From a virus, in the IMG/VR virus record IMGVR_UViG_3300028800_000005, positions 48,018-112,017 of that record: a stretch of DNA of 64,000 nt; one strand, given 5' to 3'. Shown piece by piece: positions 10,824 to 19,988 of the stretch. The notes below the pieces were generated by a model, which saw only the letters and a program-made list of their open reading frames with translations, ran no database searches and was not told where the DNA came from. The position numbers and the translations under genes are program-made. How positions within the stretch are numbered: position 1 is the first letter of the stretch; every line of letters begins with the position of its first letter.

Positions 10824-11645
10824 ATGGCCCGAGCACTGCGCCGTAGCGTTAACCCAGAGCCCGAGGACGAGGAGGAGGTCGAGGAGCGCGCCGAAAGCCG
10901 TCGCCTCTCGAAGTCCGCTGGCCGTCGCACCCGTAACGTCGAGCCCGAGGACGACGACGAGGACGAGGAGGACGAGCCGCGCGGTGGATTCCGTAGCCGG
11001 TCTTCCAAGCGTCGTTCTTCCCGGGACGACGAGCCCCTTAGTTCTTCTCTCGGCAGCGGCTGGGACGCCTACAAGAAGAACAAGGCTAAGTCCAGCAAGT
11101 TCAACAGTGAGGACCAGTTCAAGGTCCCGATGCTTCCCAAGGAAGACGAGGCTCTTATCCTTTTCCTTGAGGAGAAGCCTTTCGCTACCTACAATGAGCA
11201 CGGCGTTGGCCAGGGCAAGGGGTACCGAGCGTACGTCTGCCTAGGGGATGACTGCCCGTTCTGTGAGTTTGGGGACTCTCCCGGGTACCGTGCCGTCTTT
11301 AACATCGCCGTCTTCGACGACGACGGGAACGCGTCCGTCAAGTACTGGACGGCCACCCCGGCTCCACTGGACGAGATCGAGGAGCATGCCTTCAACGATC
11401 GTTACGGCCCGCTTAACAAGCCAGGGAACTACTACGTGGTCTCCAAGAAGGAGCAGAAGAACCACTTCAACAAGTTCAAGGTCGAGCGGGTCACTGAGGA
11501 CCAGGTTCGCGCCGAGTTCGAGATCGAGCCGATGTCAAAGGACGAGATCAATGAGCTGCGGGACGAGATGTTCGCGGCGAAGGACGTCGTCCGGGTCAAG
11601 ACCCGGCGTGAGCTGCGCGAGGCCGCGAAGGACGCTGAGGACTGA
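10824..11645 (+). CDS. single-stranded DNA-binding protein (gp32-like)
   Basis: Acidic/basic N-terminal tail, H..YVCLGDDCPFC zinc site, position just before the polymerase. Confidence 0.65.
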   Translation: MARALRRSVNPEPEDEEEVEERAESRRLSKSAGRRTRNVEPEDDDEDEEDEPRGGFRSRSSKRRSSRDDEPLSSSLGSGWDAYKKNKAKSSKFNSEDQFKVPMLPKEDEALILFLEEKPFATYNEHGVGQGKGYRAYVCLGDDCPFCEFGDSPGYRAVFNIAVFDDDGNASVKYWTATPAPLDEIEEHAFNDRYGPLNKPGNYYVVSKKEQKNHFNKFKVERVTEDQVRAEFEIEPMSKDEINELRDEMFAAKDVVRVKTRRELREAAKDAED

Positions 11646-11948
11646 TGCCGGGAAAGCAGATCAACGACTGGCAATTGCAGTCCCTTGTTGGTGCGCTGGA
11701 AGCGGCTGCCTCGAATGACATCCGGGATTTCGAATGGGGAAGTGAGGGCACGAGCTACCAGGTGCACTGGGATGACTCCGCAGAGGAGCACTACATCATC
11801 CTGGCTGACTAATGCCTGAGTTCCGATACCCGTACTACGAGCGGGGACCAGACGGCAAGGCGGTGCCCAGGGAGATCATAGTCGTCGCTGCCACCGAGGA
11901 AGACGCGCTTGCTCTGGCAGTAGCGGAATTCCAGCTCCGGATAAACGG

Positions 11949-13913
11949 ATGACCGGGAACATTGTCTTCACGGCCGAGCACCTTCGCTCGGTCGTGGAGC
12001 ATTTCCTGAAGCAACCTGCGTTCGCATGGGACGTAGAGACAGTCGGGGACCACCGGGGGACGCCCGCGCTGAACACGGTCACCTGGATCTCCATGGCGAC
12101 GCACGGCATGACCGTGGTCATCCCCTGTGGTCACCCTCTCGGGACGAAGATCATCGGGACGACTAAGGAACCACGCAAGGACAAGACCGGGAAGACTAAG
12201 TTCTTCACCGTCCCGATCTACGAGGACCCCCCCGAGCAGTTGTCCATCGGGACAGTGGCTGAAATACTGCGCCCGCTGTTCTTCACCGAGGGCATCACAA
12301 AGATCGCGCATGAGGCGACGTTCGACACCGGGTCGATCACTAAGTACTTTGACGGGGAGATATTCCCGGGCCCGTACGACGACACCAAGGTCATCATGCG
12401 CCTGCTGGACGAGAACACGGCGCAGAAGGACAACGGGCTTAAGGCTTGGACCAAGAGGATATTCGGGGCCGAGTACGATCACGAGAACGTCGGCAAGCGG
12501 GTAGAGATCCACCCGTTCGACAAGGTCGCCCACTACAGTTACATGGACGCGCTGTACACCTGGCTGCTCTGGTTGCAGAAGTTCCCCCGGATTGAGCGGG
12601 AGGGACTGACGGAGGCGTGGAAGGTCGACGTCGACCTTATCCCTGTTCTCACGGACATGCGGCTTAACGGGGCACACATGGACGTCCCCAGCCTGGAGAG
12701 TACCCAGGAGGAAATGGGTTCGCGGATGGTACTCCAGGAGGCGGACTGTTACCGTGCTGCCGGGAAGGAATTCAACCTGAATTCCCCGCCGCAGAAGCAG
12801 AAGATCCTGTTCGGCCCGAAGGCAGAAGGGGGACAGGGCCTCAAGCCCTGGAAGCAGACGGACAAGGGCGGCTGGTCGACGGACGCTGACGTCCTGGCGA
12901 GCTACCCGACGAACCCAGTCTGCAAGGCACTGCTGGCCTATGCCGACACGCACAAGCTCTTGAGCACGTACATCAATTCCTGGCTAGGGGAACCAGGGAA
13001 CCCCAAGAAGCCCTGCCTTATCACGGACGGGTTCCTTTACACGGAATTCCAGCAGCACGGTACCGTGACCGGGAGGTTCAGCGGGCGGACCCCGAACCTC
13101 CAGAATATCCCCCGGCCTGACAAGCCGTACGGAAAGCTAATCCGTGGCGCGTTCGACGCCCTGCCCGGTCATAAGCTAGTCGTCGCTGACTACGGTCAGA
13201 TTGAACTGGTCATCCTGGCGCACATGCTAGGCAAGGGCAAGCTCTACGATGGTTTCATGCACGGCGTCGACCCCCACACCGCGCACGCCGCTGGTGTGCT
13301 GCACAAGAAGCCGTTCATCACTAAGGACGGGGGCAAGGACGGGGGCATTACCCCGGCCGAGCGCCAGAAGTACGGTAAGACCCTGGGATTCACGATCGTT
13401 AACGGCGCGGGCTGGAAGACGATCGCGGAGACGGCCGGGGTATCGGGCAAGGAAGCCAAGAAGATCCAGGAGGACTACGACACCGAGTTCCCAGAGACCG
13501 ACCGGCTCAAGATAAAGCTGATCAAGCAGGCCATGTCCGTCTCCGGGGTGCCGTACATCCGGACTCCTATTCTCGGGCGGAAGCGCAGGCTGCGCGGGCT
13601 GTTCTCTGACGACTACGGCACGCGCGGGTACAATGAGCGCCAGTTGTTCAACACCATGATCCAGGGTGGAGCGGCCGAGCTTATGAAGCTCGCACTGATA
13701 CGGGTCTACTGGGCATTGAAGGAGCAGGTCCCCGAGGCCAGGCTTAGCCTCACCGTGCACGACGAGATGGTAGTCATGTGCCCGGAGGACAAGGCCGAGG
13801 CAGTGCGGAAGATCGTTATTTGGGCCATGACCGGCGGGGGAATTCAGGACCGCGTCAAGGTACCCTTGAATGTCGACTGCAAGATAGTTGACCGTTGGGC
13901 AGATGCTAAGTGA
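11949..13913 (+). CDS. polA: DNA polymerase family A (3'-5' exonuclease + polymerase)
   Basis: WDVET, HEATFD, YSYMDA exonuclease motifs; TGRFSGRTPNLQNIP; ADYGQIEL (A); K...F...NG (B); VHDE (C). Confidence 0.95.
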   Translation: MTGNIVFTAEHLRSVVEHFLKQPAFAWDVETVGDHRGTPALNTVTWISMATHGMTVVIPCGHPLGTKIIGTTKEPRKDKTGKTKFFTVPIYEDPPEQLSIGTVAEILRPLFFTEGITKIAHEATFDTGSITKYFDGEIFPGPYDDTKVIMRLLDENTAQKDNGLKAWTKRIFGAEYDHENVGKRVEIHPFDKVAHYSYMDALYTWLLWLQKFPRIEREGLTEAWKVDVDLIPVLTDMRLNGAHMDVPSLESTQEEMGSRMVLQEADCYRAAGKEFNLNSPPQKQKILFGPKAEGGQGLKPWKQTDKGGWSTDADVLASYPTNPVCKALLAYADTHKLLSTYINSWLGEPGNPKKPCLITDGFLYTEFQQHGTVTGRFSGRTPNLQNIPRPDKPYGKLIRGAFDALPGHKLVVADYGQIELVILAHMLGKGKLYDGFMHGVDPHTAHAAGVLHKKPFITKDGGKDGGITPAERQKYGKTLGFTIVNGAGWKTIAETAGVSGKEAKKIQEDYDTEFPETDRLKIKLIKQAMSVSGVPYIRTPILGRKRRLRGLFSDDYGTRGYNERQLFNTMIQGGAAELMKLALIRVYWALKEQVPEARLSLTVHDEMVVMCPEDKAEAVRKIVIWAMTGGGIQDRVKVPLNVDCKIVDRWADAK

Positions 13914-13937
13914 TATGCTTGCGGCGATAGGAGACTA

Positions 13938-14372
13938 ATGGCGAACGACATGGAACAACCGATTGACCTGACTCCGCTGCTGAAGACGCGGCTAGCCTGG
14001 GACCTGCTGCCTCATGAGGAAATGCACGCGTGGATGGAGAAGCTCGGACTGACTCCGGCGAACAAGGATGTCTCGGACATGGAGCACAAGGAGGCCCACG
14101 GAAGGGCCCAGCTCGCGGCTCCTATTTCCCGCCTTGTCGACGCGTACGTCGCAGTTATCTCAGAGATCCAGGCCGCGTACCTCGGAGAGCACGCTGAGGC
14201 TAACCAGGATCAGCTTGAGGCGTTCACGGAGGACGCGTTCATGCTCGGCCGCGCCGCTGCCCTGGCCGTCCTGGTGGAGTTCCTGGCGGACGGGGTTCTG
14301 GTTTACGGCCCGGAGCTAGTCCAGGGTCTATTGGAACTTGCTGAAGAACGAGAAGACGAGGACGAGAAATGA
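13938..14372 (+). CDS. hypothetical protein
   Basis: 144-aa ORF with AGGAG SD. Confidence 0.65.
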   Translation: MANDMEQPIDLTPLLKTRLAWDLLPHEEMHAWMEKLGLTPANKDVSDMEHKEAHGRAQLAAPISRLVDAYVAVISEIQAAYLGEHAEANQDQLEAFTEDAFMLGRAAALAVLVEFLADGVLVYGPELVQGLLELAEEREDEDEK

Positions 14373-14947
14373 GCTTTTGGGACCGCGCGCTCGGGACCCC
14401 GGCCCGCCCGAACGTAGCCCCGGCCCCCCAGCCGGGATGGGTTGCCCCTCAGCGGCCCCAGATGCCCCCTCAGGGCTACCCGCCGCAGCAACAGGGGTAC
14501 CAGCAAGGCTACCAGCAGCCATACCCCCAGCAGGCCCCTCAGGGACCGGGCAGTGGCCTCCCCCCGCAGTTCCAGGGCCTGGCCATTCAGCCAACGAAGA
14601 ACGCCGAGGACCAGCAGGCCGGGTACACTGCCGCGACACAGGGGTACATCAGGAAGCCACCTGACTGGGTGCGTAATCAGGCTTCGGAGCGCTGCCCCGA
14701 GTGCAACGGGGTTAACTTCGCGCGGCACGGGCAGGGTGAGGGAACCTACGGGAAGCTGCGCCGGACGACTGCGGGCGCTGTTGAATTCGGGCACTGTTTC
14801 GATTGCGGGTACACGATGAACGGCGGGAACCCCATGAGCGATGCCCAGATCGGGAACTCGCACTCACATGGCCTGTCAAATTCCAGCGGGACGGTTAAGG
14901 CTACCCGCCAGCCGCACGGGCTCAAGAATTTCTACGTGATATCGTGA
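14369..14947 (+). CDS. Pro/Gln-rich zinc-ribbon protein
   Basis: P/Q low-complexity N-terminus; CPEC...CFDC. Confidence 0.65.
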   Translation: MSFWDRALGTPARPNVAPAPQPGWVAPQRPQMPPQGYPPQQQGYQQGYQQPYPQQAPQGPGSGLPPQFQGLAIQPTKNAEDQQAGYTAATQGYIRKPPDWVRNQASERCPECNGVNFARHGQGEGTYGKLRRTTAGAVEFGHCFDCGYTMNGGNPMSDAQIGNSHSHGLSNSSGTVKATRQPHGLKNFYVIS

Positions 14948-15134
14948 CCTCCGACCAGCTCAGGGAGCTGGCGGGCATCACGGGAGTACGAAAGCTAAGC
15001 GACCACACTACTACTGTCGTCTTCCCAAATGGTGCCGCCCGCCCTGCCACGTCCCTTGAAGTCCGACTCTGGCATATTTTGACTAGCATGGCCCAGGAGG
15101 AATAAACTAAGGCCAGACCTAGGAGGAATTATTT

Positions 15135-16253
15135 ATGGCCCTCAGTACTGAGGTTCTCACCTGGATGGCCCGCCTGAACAAGGATATCGGGCCGGACACC
15201 ATTGTCCGGGCATCGGACATCGTGGTAGCCCACCGATTCACTTCCGGTAGCCTAGCCCTTGATGTAGCACTCGGCGGTGGCTGGCCAGGTAACCAGGCCG
15301 TTGAAGTCATCGGTAACGAGTCCAGCGGGAAGACGTACACCGTACTTAAGACCATCGCCGCTAACCAGAAGATCGATAAGGAATTCACGACCTTCTGGGT
15401 CGCGGCCGAGCACTACTCTCCGGAGCAGGCCGCTGCCCTTGGCGTCGACAACGACAGGGTAGTCGTCGCCCCGGCCGCACAGCAGGCCGAGGTCGGCCTT
15501 GACCTCATGCTGGACGCCCTGGAATCCAAGCTCTATGACTGCGTCGTCCTAGACTCATTCCCCGCCCTCATTCCCAGGGAAGAGGACGAGAAGGCGATGA
15601 ACGAGGCCGTCGTGGCTACCGGGGCGAAGCTGTTCAACAAGTTCTGGCGCAAGTACGGGACCTCGTCACACAGGAACAGCGACGGAACCGAGCGCCCCTA
15701 CCTCCTTATCGTCATCAATCAGTTCCGTGACAAGGTCGGCGGGTTCCAGAAGTTCGGTGTCCCTCAGACTACTCCGGGGGGACACGGCAAGGACTACGCG
15801 TTCTACACCCGGGTAAAGGTCGCCCGCGACGAGTGGATAACGGAGAAGCGCCCCGGCCTGCCGGACCCGGTGATTGTCGGTCAGGTCATGGCCTACAAGA
15901 CGACCAAGAACAAGTCCGCCTCGCCGCAGCAGACCGCTAAGGTGCGCGCCTTTACCCGGAACGCTCCCCTTCTCGGGTTCCACCGGGGGGACTATGACCT
16001 CGGTTCCGACTACGTCGACATGGGAATTCTCTTCGGCGTAATTCAGCTTAAGGGGTCCTGGCTTAACTACGACGGCCAGCAGTGGCAAGGCAAGGATGCC
16101 ATGAAGGACTCTGTCCGGGAAGACCTGGACCTTCAGGCTAAGTTGTCGGCCGAGGTTCTAGAAGTCGCCGCCGACCCGCGAAAGGCCGACGCGATGCTCC
16201 AGCAGGCCATAGAGGAAGCGCCGCCCAGGCGCAAGAGGGGACGCGCAGCATGA
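15135..16253 (+). CDS. recA: RecA recombinase
   Basis: SGSLALDVALGGG, GNESSGKT, AAEH, VLDS, INQFR, TTPGG, KNK. Confidence 0.95.
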   Translation: MALSTEVLTWMARLNKDIGPDTIVRASDIVVAHRFTSGSLALDVALGGGWPGNQAVEVIGNESSGKTYTVLKTIAANQKIDKEFTTFWVAAEHYSPEQAAALGVDNDRVVVAPAAQQAEVGLDLMLDALESKLYDCVVLDSFPALIPREEDEKAMNEAVVATGAKLFNKFWRKYGTSSHRNSDGTERPYLLIVINQFRDKVGGFQKFGVPQTTPGGHGKDYAFYTRVKVARDEWITEKRPGLPDPVIVGQVMAYKTTKNKSASPQQTAKVRAFTRNAPLLGFHRGDYDLGSDYVDMGILFGVIQLKGSWLNYDGQQWQGKDAMKDSVREDLDLQAKLSAEVLEVAADPRKADAMLQQAIEEAPPRRKRGRAA

Positions 16254-16401
16254 TGAACGTTCGGGAACTGATCGAGGCCCTGAAGGACAAGCCACAGGAC
16301 GCTATCGTGGTTTACGACGTTGAGTGGGGGCTAGGGAGCATCGCCTTGGTGGAAATTCAGCCACCCTTCGGCGCAACCAAGGAAATGGTGGTCTTGTCAT
16401 C

Positions 16402-16965
16402 ATGACACTCATAGGTGGCGTAGTGTCCGGGAAGCAAGTCATCATCGCAGGTGACCGCGCGGCCCTGTCACCGGAGGAACTCACCTCCGACACGCTGAAG
16501 CAGCCGAAGGTATTCCGATCGGGGGAACTAGTCCTTGGCGGGAGCGAGTCCTTCCGGATGATACAGGTTCTCCAGTACCAGCTCAAGATACCGCCGCTAA
16601 CCGACTTCGCCTTGTCGGACGGAGATCCCATGAGGTACATGGTCGAGGAGTTCATCCCGGCGGTGCGCGAGCTTCTGACGGATAACGGGTTCAACGAGAC
16701 CGGGGAAGAGGCGTCCCCGCCGGGCAATATCATGGTCGGGCTGCGTGGTCACCTGTACGTCATCCAGGGGGACTACGCGGTGATGGAAGCGACGGACCCG
16801 TTCGACGCGATCGGCTTCGGGAAGACGGCGTTCCTCGGTGCTATCCGTGCCGTTCGAATCGCCCAGCCGAAGCTTGCCGCGCACCATCAGCTAGCCCTTG
16901 CCATGGAGGTCGCGGAGAGCGTTACCTTTGCGGTCAAGGGCCCGTTCGATATCCTGGCCGCCTGA
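16402..16965 (+). CDS. HslV/proteasome-beta-like Ntn peptidase
   Basis: (M)TLIGG..VIIAGDR with N-terminal Thr, PKVF, AIGFG, VKGPF. Confidence 0.7.
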   Translation: MTLIGGVVSGKQVIIAGDRAALSPEELTSDTLKQPKVFRSGELVLGGSESFRMIQVLQYQLKIPPLTDFALSDGDPMRYMVEEFIPAVRELLTDNGFNETGEEASPPGNIMVGLRGHLYVIQGDYAVMEATDPFDAIGFGKTAFLGAIRAVRIAQPKLAAHHQLALAMEVAESVTFAVKGPFDILAA

Positions 16966-17309
16966 TGGACGAGAGGATCGCTAGGAGCAGGAAGCAGGAG
17001 CGTAAAGGGGCACAGCGGTACGGCGGGACGGTGAACAGCCAGTCCGGTGCCGGTGACATACGCAAGAACGATGTTCGAACCGAGACCGAGAGCATCGAGT
17101 TCAAGGGGACGTCTAACACCGGGTACCGTCTGACGCTGGCGGACCTCTGTACGGCCTGGCGGCATGCCCTGATGGACGGCCGGAACGTGATCTTCGGGAT
17201 CGAGTTCTTCCGGACGGACAAGTTCTTCGGGGTACCGACGCGCTGGGTCATCATGCCAGAGGATGATTACCTCGCCATGAAGGACCAACTACGTTTCTAC
17301 GAGGACTGA
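16965..17309 (+). CDS. PD-(D/E)XK nuclease, Holliday junction resolvase-like
   Basis: QE..SGAG..KNDV..IEFK pattern. Confidence 0.65.
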   Translation: MDERIARSRKQERKGAQRYGGTVNSQSGAGDIRKNDVRTETESIEFKGTSNTGYRLTLADLCTAWRHALMDGRNVIFGIEFFRTDKFFGVPTRWVIMPEDDYLAMKDQLRFYED

Positions 17310-17312
17310 CCT

Positions 17313-17696
17313 ATGGTGCTGCATCTCCGTCAGCCTAGTCCGGACCAGTGGCGTAATTCAAAGTGCCTTGGAAAGGTATTCGACGAGGACGGGAAGTACC
17401 AGGAGGAGCTGGACCCTTTTTTCACCCCCGACCGGGAAGAGGAAGCGGTTGACTTCTGCCGGGGAAAAGATGGGACCCCCTGTCCTATCATGGAGCAGTG
17501 CCTGATATTCGCCCTAGTCAACAACGAAAAATCAGGCGTGTTTGGTGGTACGCCTGAGCTGGATCGCAAGGCCATCCGTAAGAAGTGGCCACTCCGTCGT
17601 GGTAAGGACCCCCGCCCAGAGTGGCAGCTATTCGAACCGGGAGAGCCAGCGAGCTGGTACGCCGACGAGGAGCTAGGGGACGATAATGACGATTGA
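17313..17696 (+). CDS. whiB: WhiB-family transcription factor
   Basis: W...C...FF...C......CPIMEQCLIFAL...GVFGG. Confidence 0.8.
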   Translation: MVLHLRQPSPDQWRNSKCLGKVFDEDGKYQEELDPFFTPDREEEAVDFCRGKDGTPCPIMEQCLIFALVNNEKSGVFGGTPELDRKAIRKKWPLRRGKDPRPEWQLFEPGEPASWYADEELGDDNDD

Positions 17697-17917
17697 CGAG
17701 GCTCTGGCCCGCCTTGAATCAGATCTAACGCCCATCCTGGAGGCCACAACTATCCTCGGGCCGCTGAGCGAATCAGAAATTGCCCGGTATATCATTAGTC
17801 AGTACACAGAGGTTCCGTGGGAATACGTGAGTAACCTGCACGCGAAATTTAATGATGACGGTTCGGTGCATATTTCCTTGACGTACATGCCACCAATTAC
17901 GGAGGCTGAGGTGCACC

Positions 17918-19165
17918 TTGACGAAGCCAACGGGTAAGTTCGCCGCCCTCGCGAATGCCAAGAAGCAGGGGGGTATCCTGATCCCCGAGCTGCAAAAGGT
18001 TGCCCTGAAGTCGGCCGGTGGTGGCCATCCTGGCGGTAATGACCATATTCACCCGTCTGAGATGTCTAAGGCTGACTGGTGCCCCCGCGCGACCTATTAC
18101 CGCCTGAATACCGGTAAGGTCTTTGACGACAAGTTCTCGTTCATCCTTGAGAATATCTTTGACGAGGGTAATGAGATCCACGCGAAGTGGCAGCGGAGGA
18201 TGCGGGAGACAAAGAAGCTCTGGGGGTCCTGGAGGTGCCTGACCTGCAAGCAGTGGCGGCACCAGTGCTTTGAGCCCGGTATTGCCGCTGGCGGGATGTG
18301 CTATGACAAGATTATCCACCACTGGGAGTACATGGAGGTCCCTCTCGAAGACAAGGAGTCTTTGATCTGGGGCCACGAAGACGGGGCCATGGCCTTGGAG
18401 TCCGCCGCGCCAGAGGACGATATGCTTCCTGGCGGGTACATGGTCGAGCTAAAGTCGATCGGCCTCGGTACAGTTCGAGTCGACGCGGCCGAGAAGCTCA
18501 AGAAGTATTACGTGGAGACGACAGACGGCGACCGTATCTATAACCTGAACAAGTTCTGGAAGGACCTTAAGCGACCGTTCCTTTCCCACGTCAAGCAGGC
18601 GAACATTTACCTATGGCTGTCCGAGCGCATGGGCTTGCCGTTCACTGAGGTCCGGTTCCTGTACGAGTTCAAGGCAAACCAGCAGGTCAAGGAATTCGTC
18701 ATAAAGAAGTCCGACCGGATTCTGGAGCCGCTTTTGACCATGGCCAAGGGTGTCGTCTACGCTCTGGAGAGCGGGACCCCGCCGGTTTGCCCGAACGTAG
18801 ACGACCAGGGTAATCACGGCTGCAAGGCCTGCCGAAAGTATGAGGAGGAACTTGATGCCCCGCAGGAGAACAGCGCCAGAAGCGCCCCTGGAGAGCCCGG
18901 AGACGCACCAGGAGAGCCTGTACCGGCGCGAGGGAGCAAACGTCGCCGCACGCCGCCTGAAGTCTCAGGGGATCGACGTCGACCGGTGGGCGAGGCACCC
19001 CGAAAGCGACCCGCCCGGCGTACCACGGGACCTGACGGAGGAACGCGACCGGGACCTGATGAACATCTACCAGGAGGTCCAGCGGTGGGTGAAGTACCTG
19101 GCGCTTCAGCTAGCAGCGGCCGAGGTCGACGAGTCCTACGCCGAAAGGGCAGTAACCCGGACTGA
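17918..19165 (+). CDS. Cas4-like PD-(D/E)XK exonuclease with an overlap-derived C-terminal tail
   Basis: HPSE..WCPR, G..IH, GHEDG, VELKS, QANIY, C-terminal CP...CKAC. Confidence 0.8.
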   Translation: MTKPTGKFAALANAKKQGGILIPELQKVALKSAGGGHPGGNDHIHPSEMSKADWCPRATYYRLNTGKVFDDKFSFILENIFDEGNEIHAKWQRRMRETKKLWGSWRCLTCKQWRHQCFEPGIAAGGMCYDKIIHHWEYMEVPLEDKESLIWGHEDGAMALESAAPEDDMLPGGYMVELKSIGLGTVRVDAAEKLKKYYVETTDGDRIYNLNKFWKDLKRPFLSHVKQANIYLWLSERMGLPFTEVRFLYEFKANQQVKEFVIKKSDRILEPLLTMAKGVVYALESGTPPVCPNVDDQGNHGCKACRKYEEELDAPQENSARSAPGEPGDAPGEPVPARGSKRRRTPPEVSGDRRRPVGEAPRKRPARRTTGPDGGTRPGPDEHLPGGPAVGEVPGASASSGRGRRVLRRKGSNPD

Positions 19166-19394
19166 GGCCCTGAAGGGCTACGACTTCCGTAAGGTCGACG
19201 CTAAGACCCGCGCGAACGAGGACCAGGAGTACCTGGATGTCAAGGAAGCGCAGCTCGCCGCGTACGGGTACCGGAAGATGATCGCCGCCCTGTACGCGAA
19301 CGTCGACCGCGACGCTTTCCAGCTTTCCCGTGAGATCACCCGGCGTAGCGCCAGGTCTGACCGGGATCACCGCGCTGACCGGCACAGCAGTTAG
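18855..19394 (+). CDS. UvsY-like recombination mediator
   Basis: GAGGAGG SD; helical protein ending ...DQEY...LSREITRR in a recombination cluster. Confidence 0.5.
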   Translation: MPRRRTAPEAPLESPETHQESLYRREGANVAARRLKSQGIDVDRWARHPESDPPGVPRDLTEERDRDLMNIYQEVQRWVKYLALQLAAAEVDESYAERAVTRTEALKGYDFRKVDAKTRANEDQEYLDVKEAQLAAYGYRKMIAALYANVDRDAFQLSREITRRSARSDRDHRADRHSS

Positions 19395-19988
19395 CTTTTG
19401 CCAGCATGGCCTGGGCAGGACTAGACTGGGGAACGAAGCCAAGAAGACACGTCACAGGAGGAAACATGGAGACCCGCAAGACCCTGCCCCGGACACTGGA
19501 GCTAGCCGCCGTGATCGCGGTTGTCTACCCGATCGACCGCCTATGGGCCGCGTTCGGTGCCCCGCACACTGAGACCTGGCCGTTCTTCGCTAAGCCCCTG
19601 CCGTTCCTGCTGGTCCTCCTGAGCTTCCTGGTCCTGCTCTACGTCCCGACTATCAAGAAGGTCTACGACCGCGCGCGGAATGCCTGATGCACCAGGTAAC
19701 CGAGCGCGTCCTGAATATCATGTGGCAGCTAGAGTCTGTCTACGCCGAGATGGACCCGGACTTCGCACTGCTGCTGTCGTTCCAGGAGGCCCGGGAGCTA
19801 TATCACGACCTTGGGTCCAGCGGTTCCTTCGAGGTACACACGTATCTCCCTGTTAACGGGGAGGTGCAGTGTAATAGTTACGTCATTCCGCTGCAGTTGA
19901 GCCCGCCACCGTACCCGGACGGAAAGAGAGTCGTCTGGGCCCAGTGCGAGGGCCTTAAAATCGCCATCAAAGGCACCGAGGAGGCATA

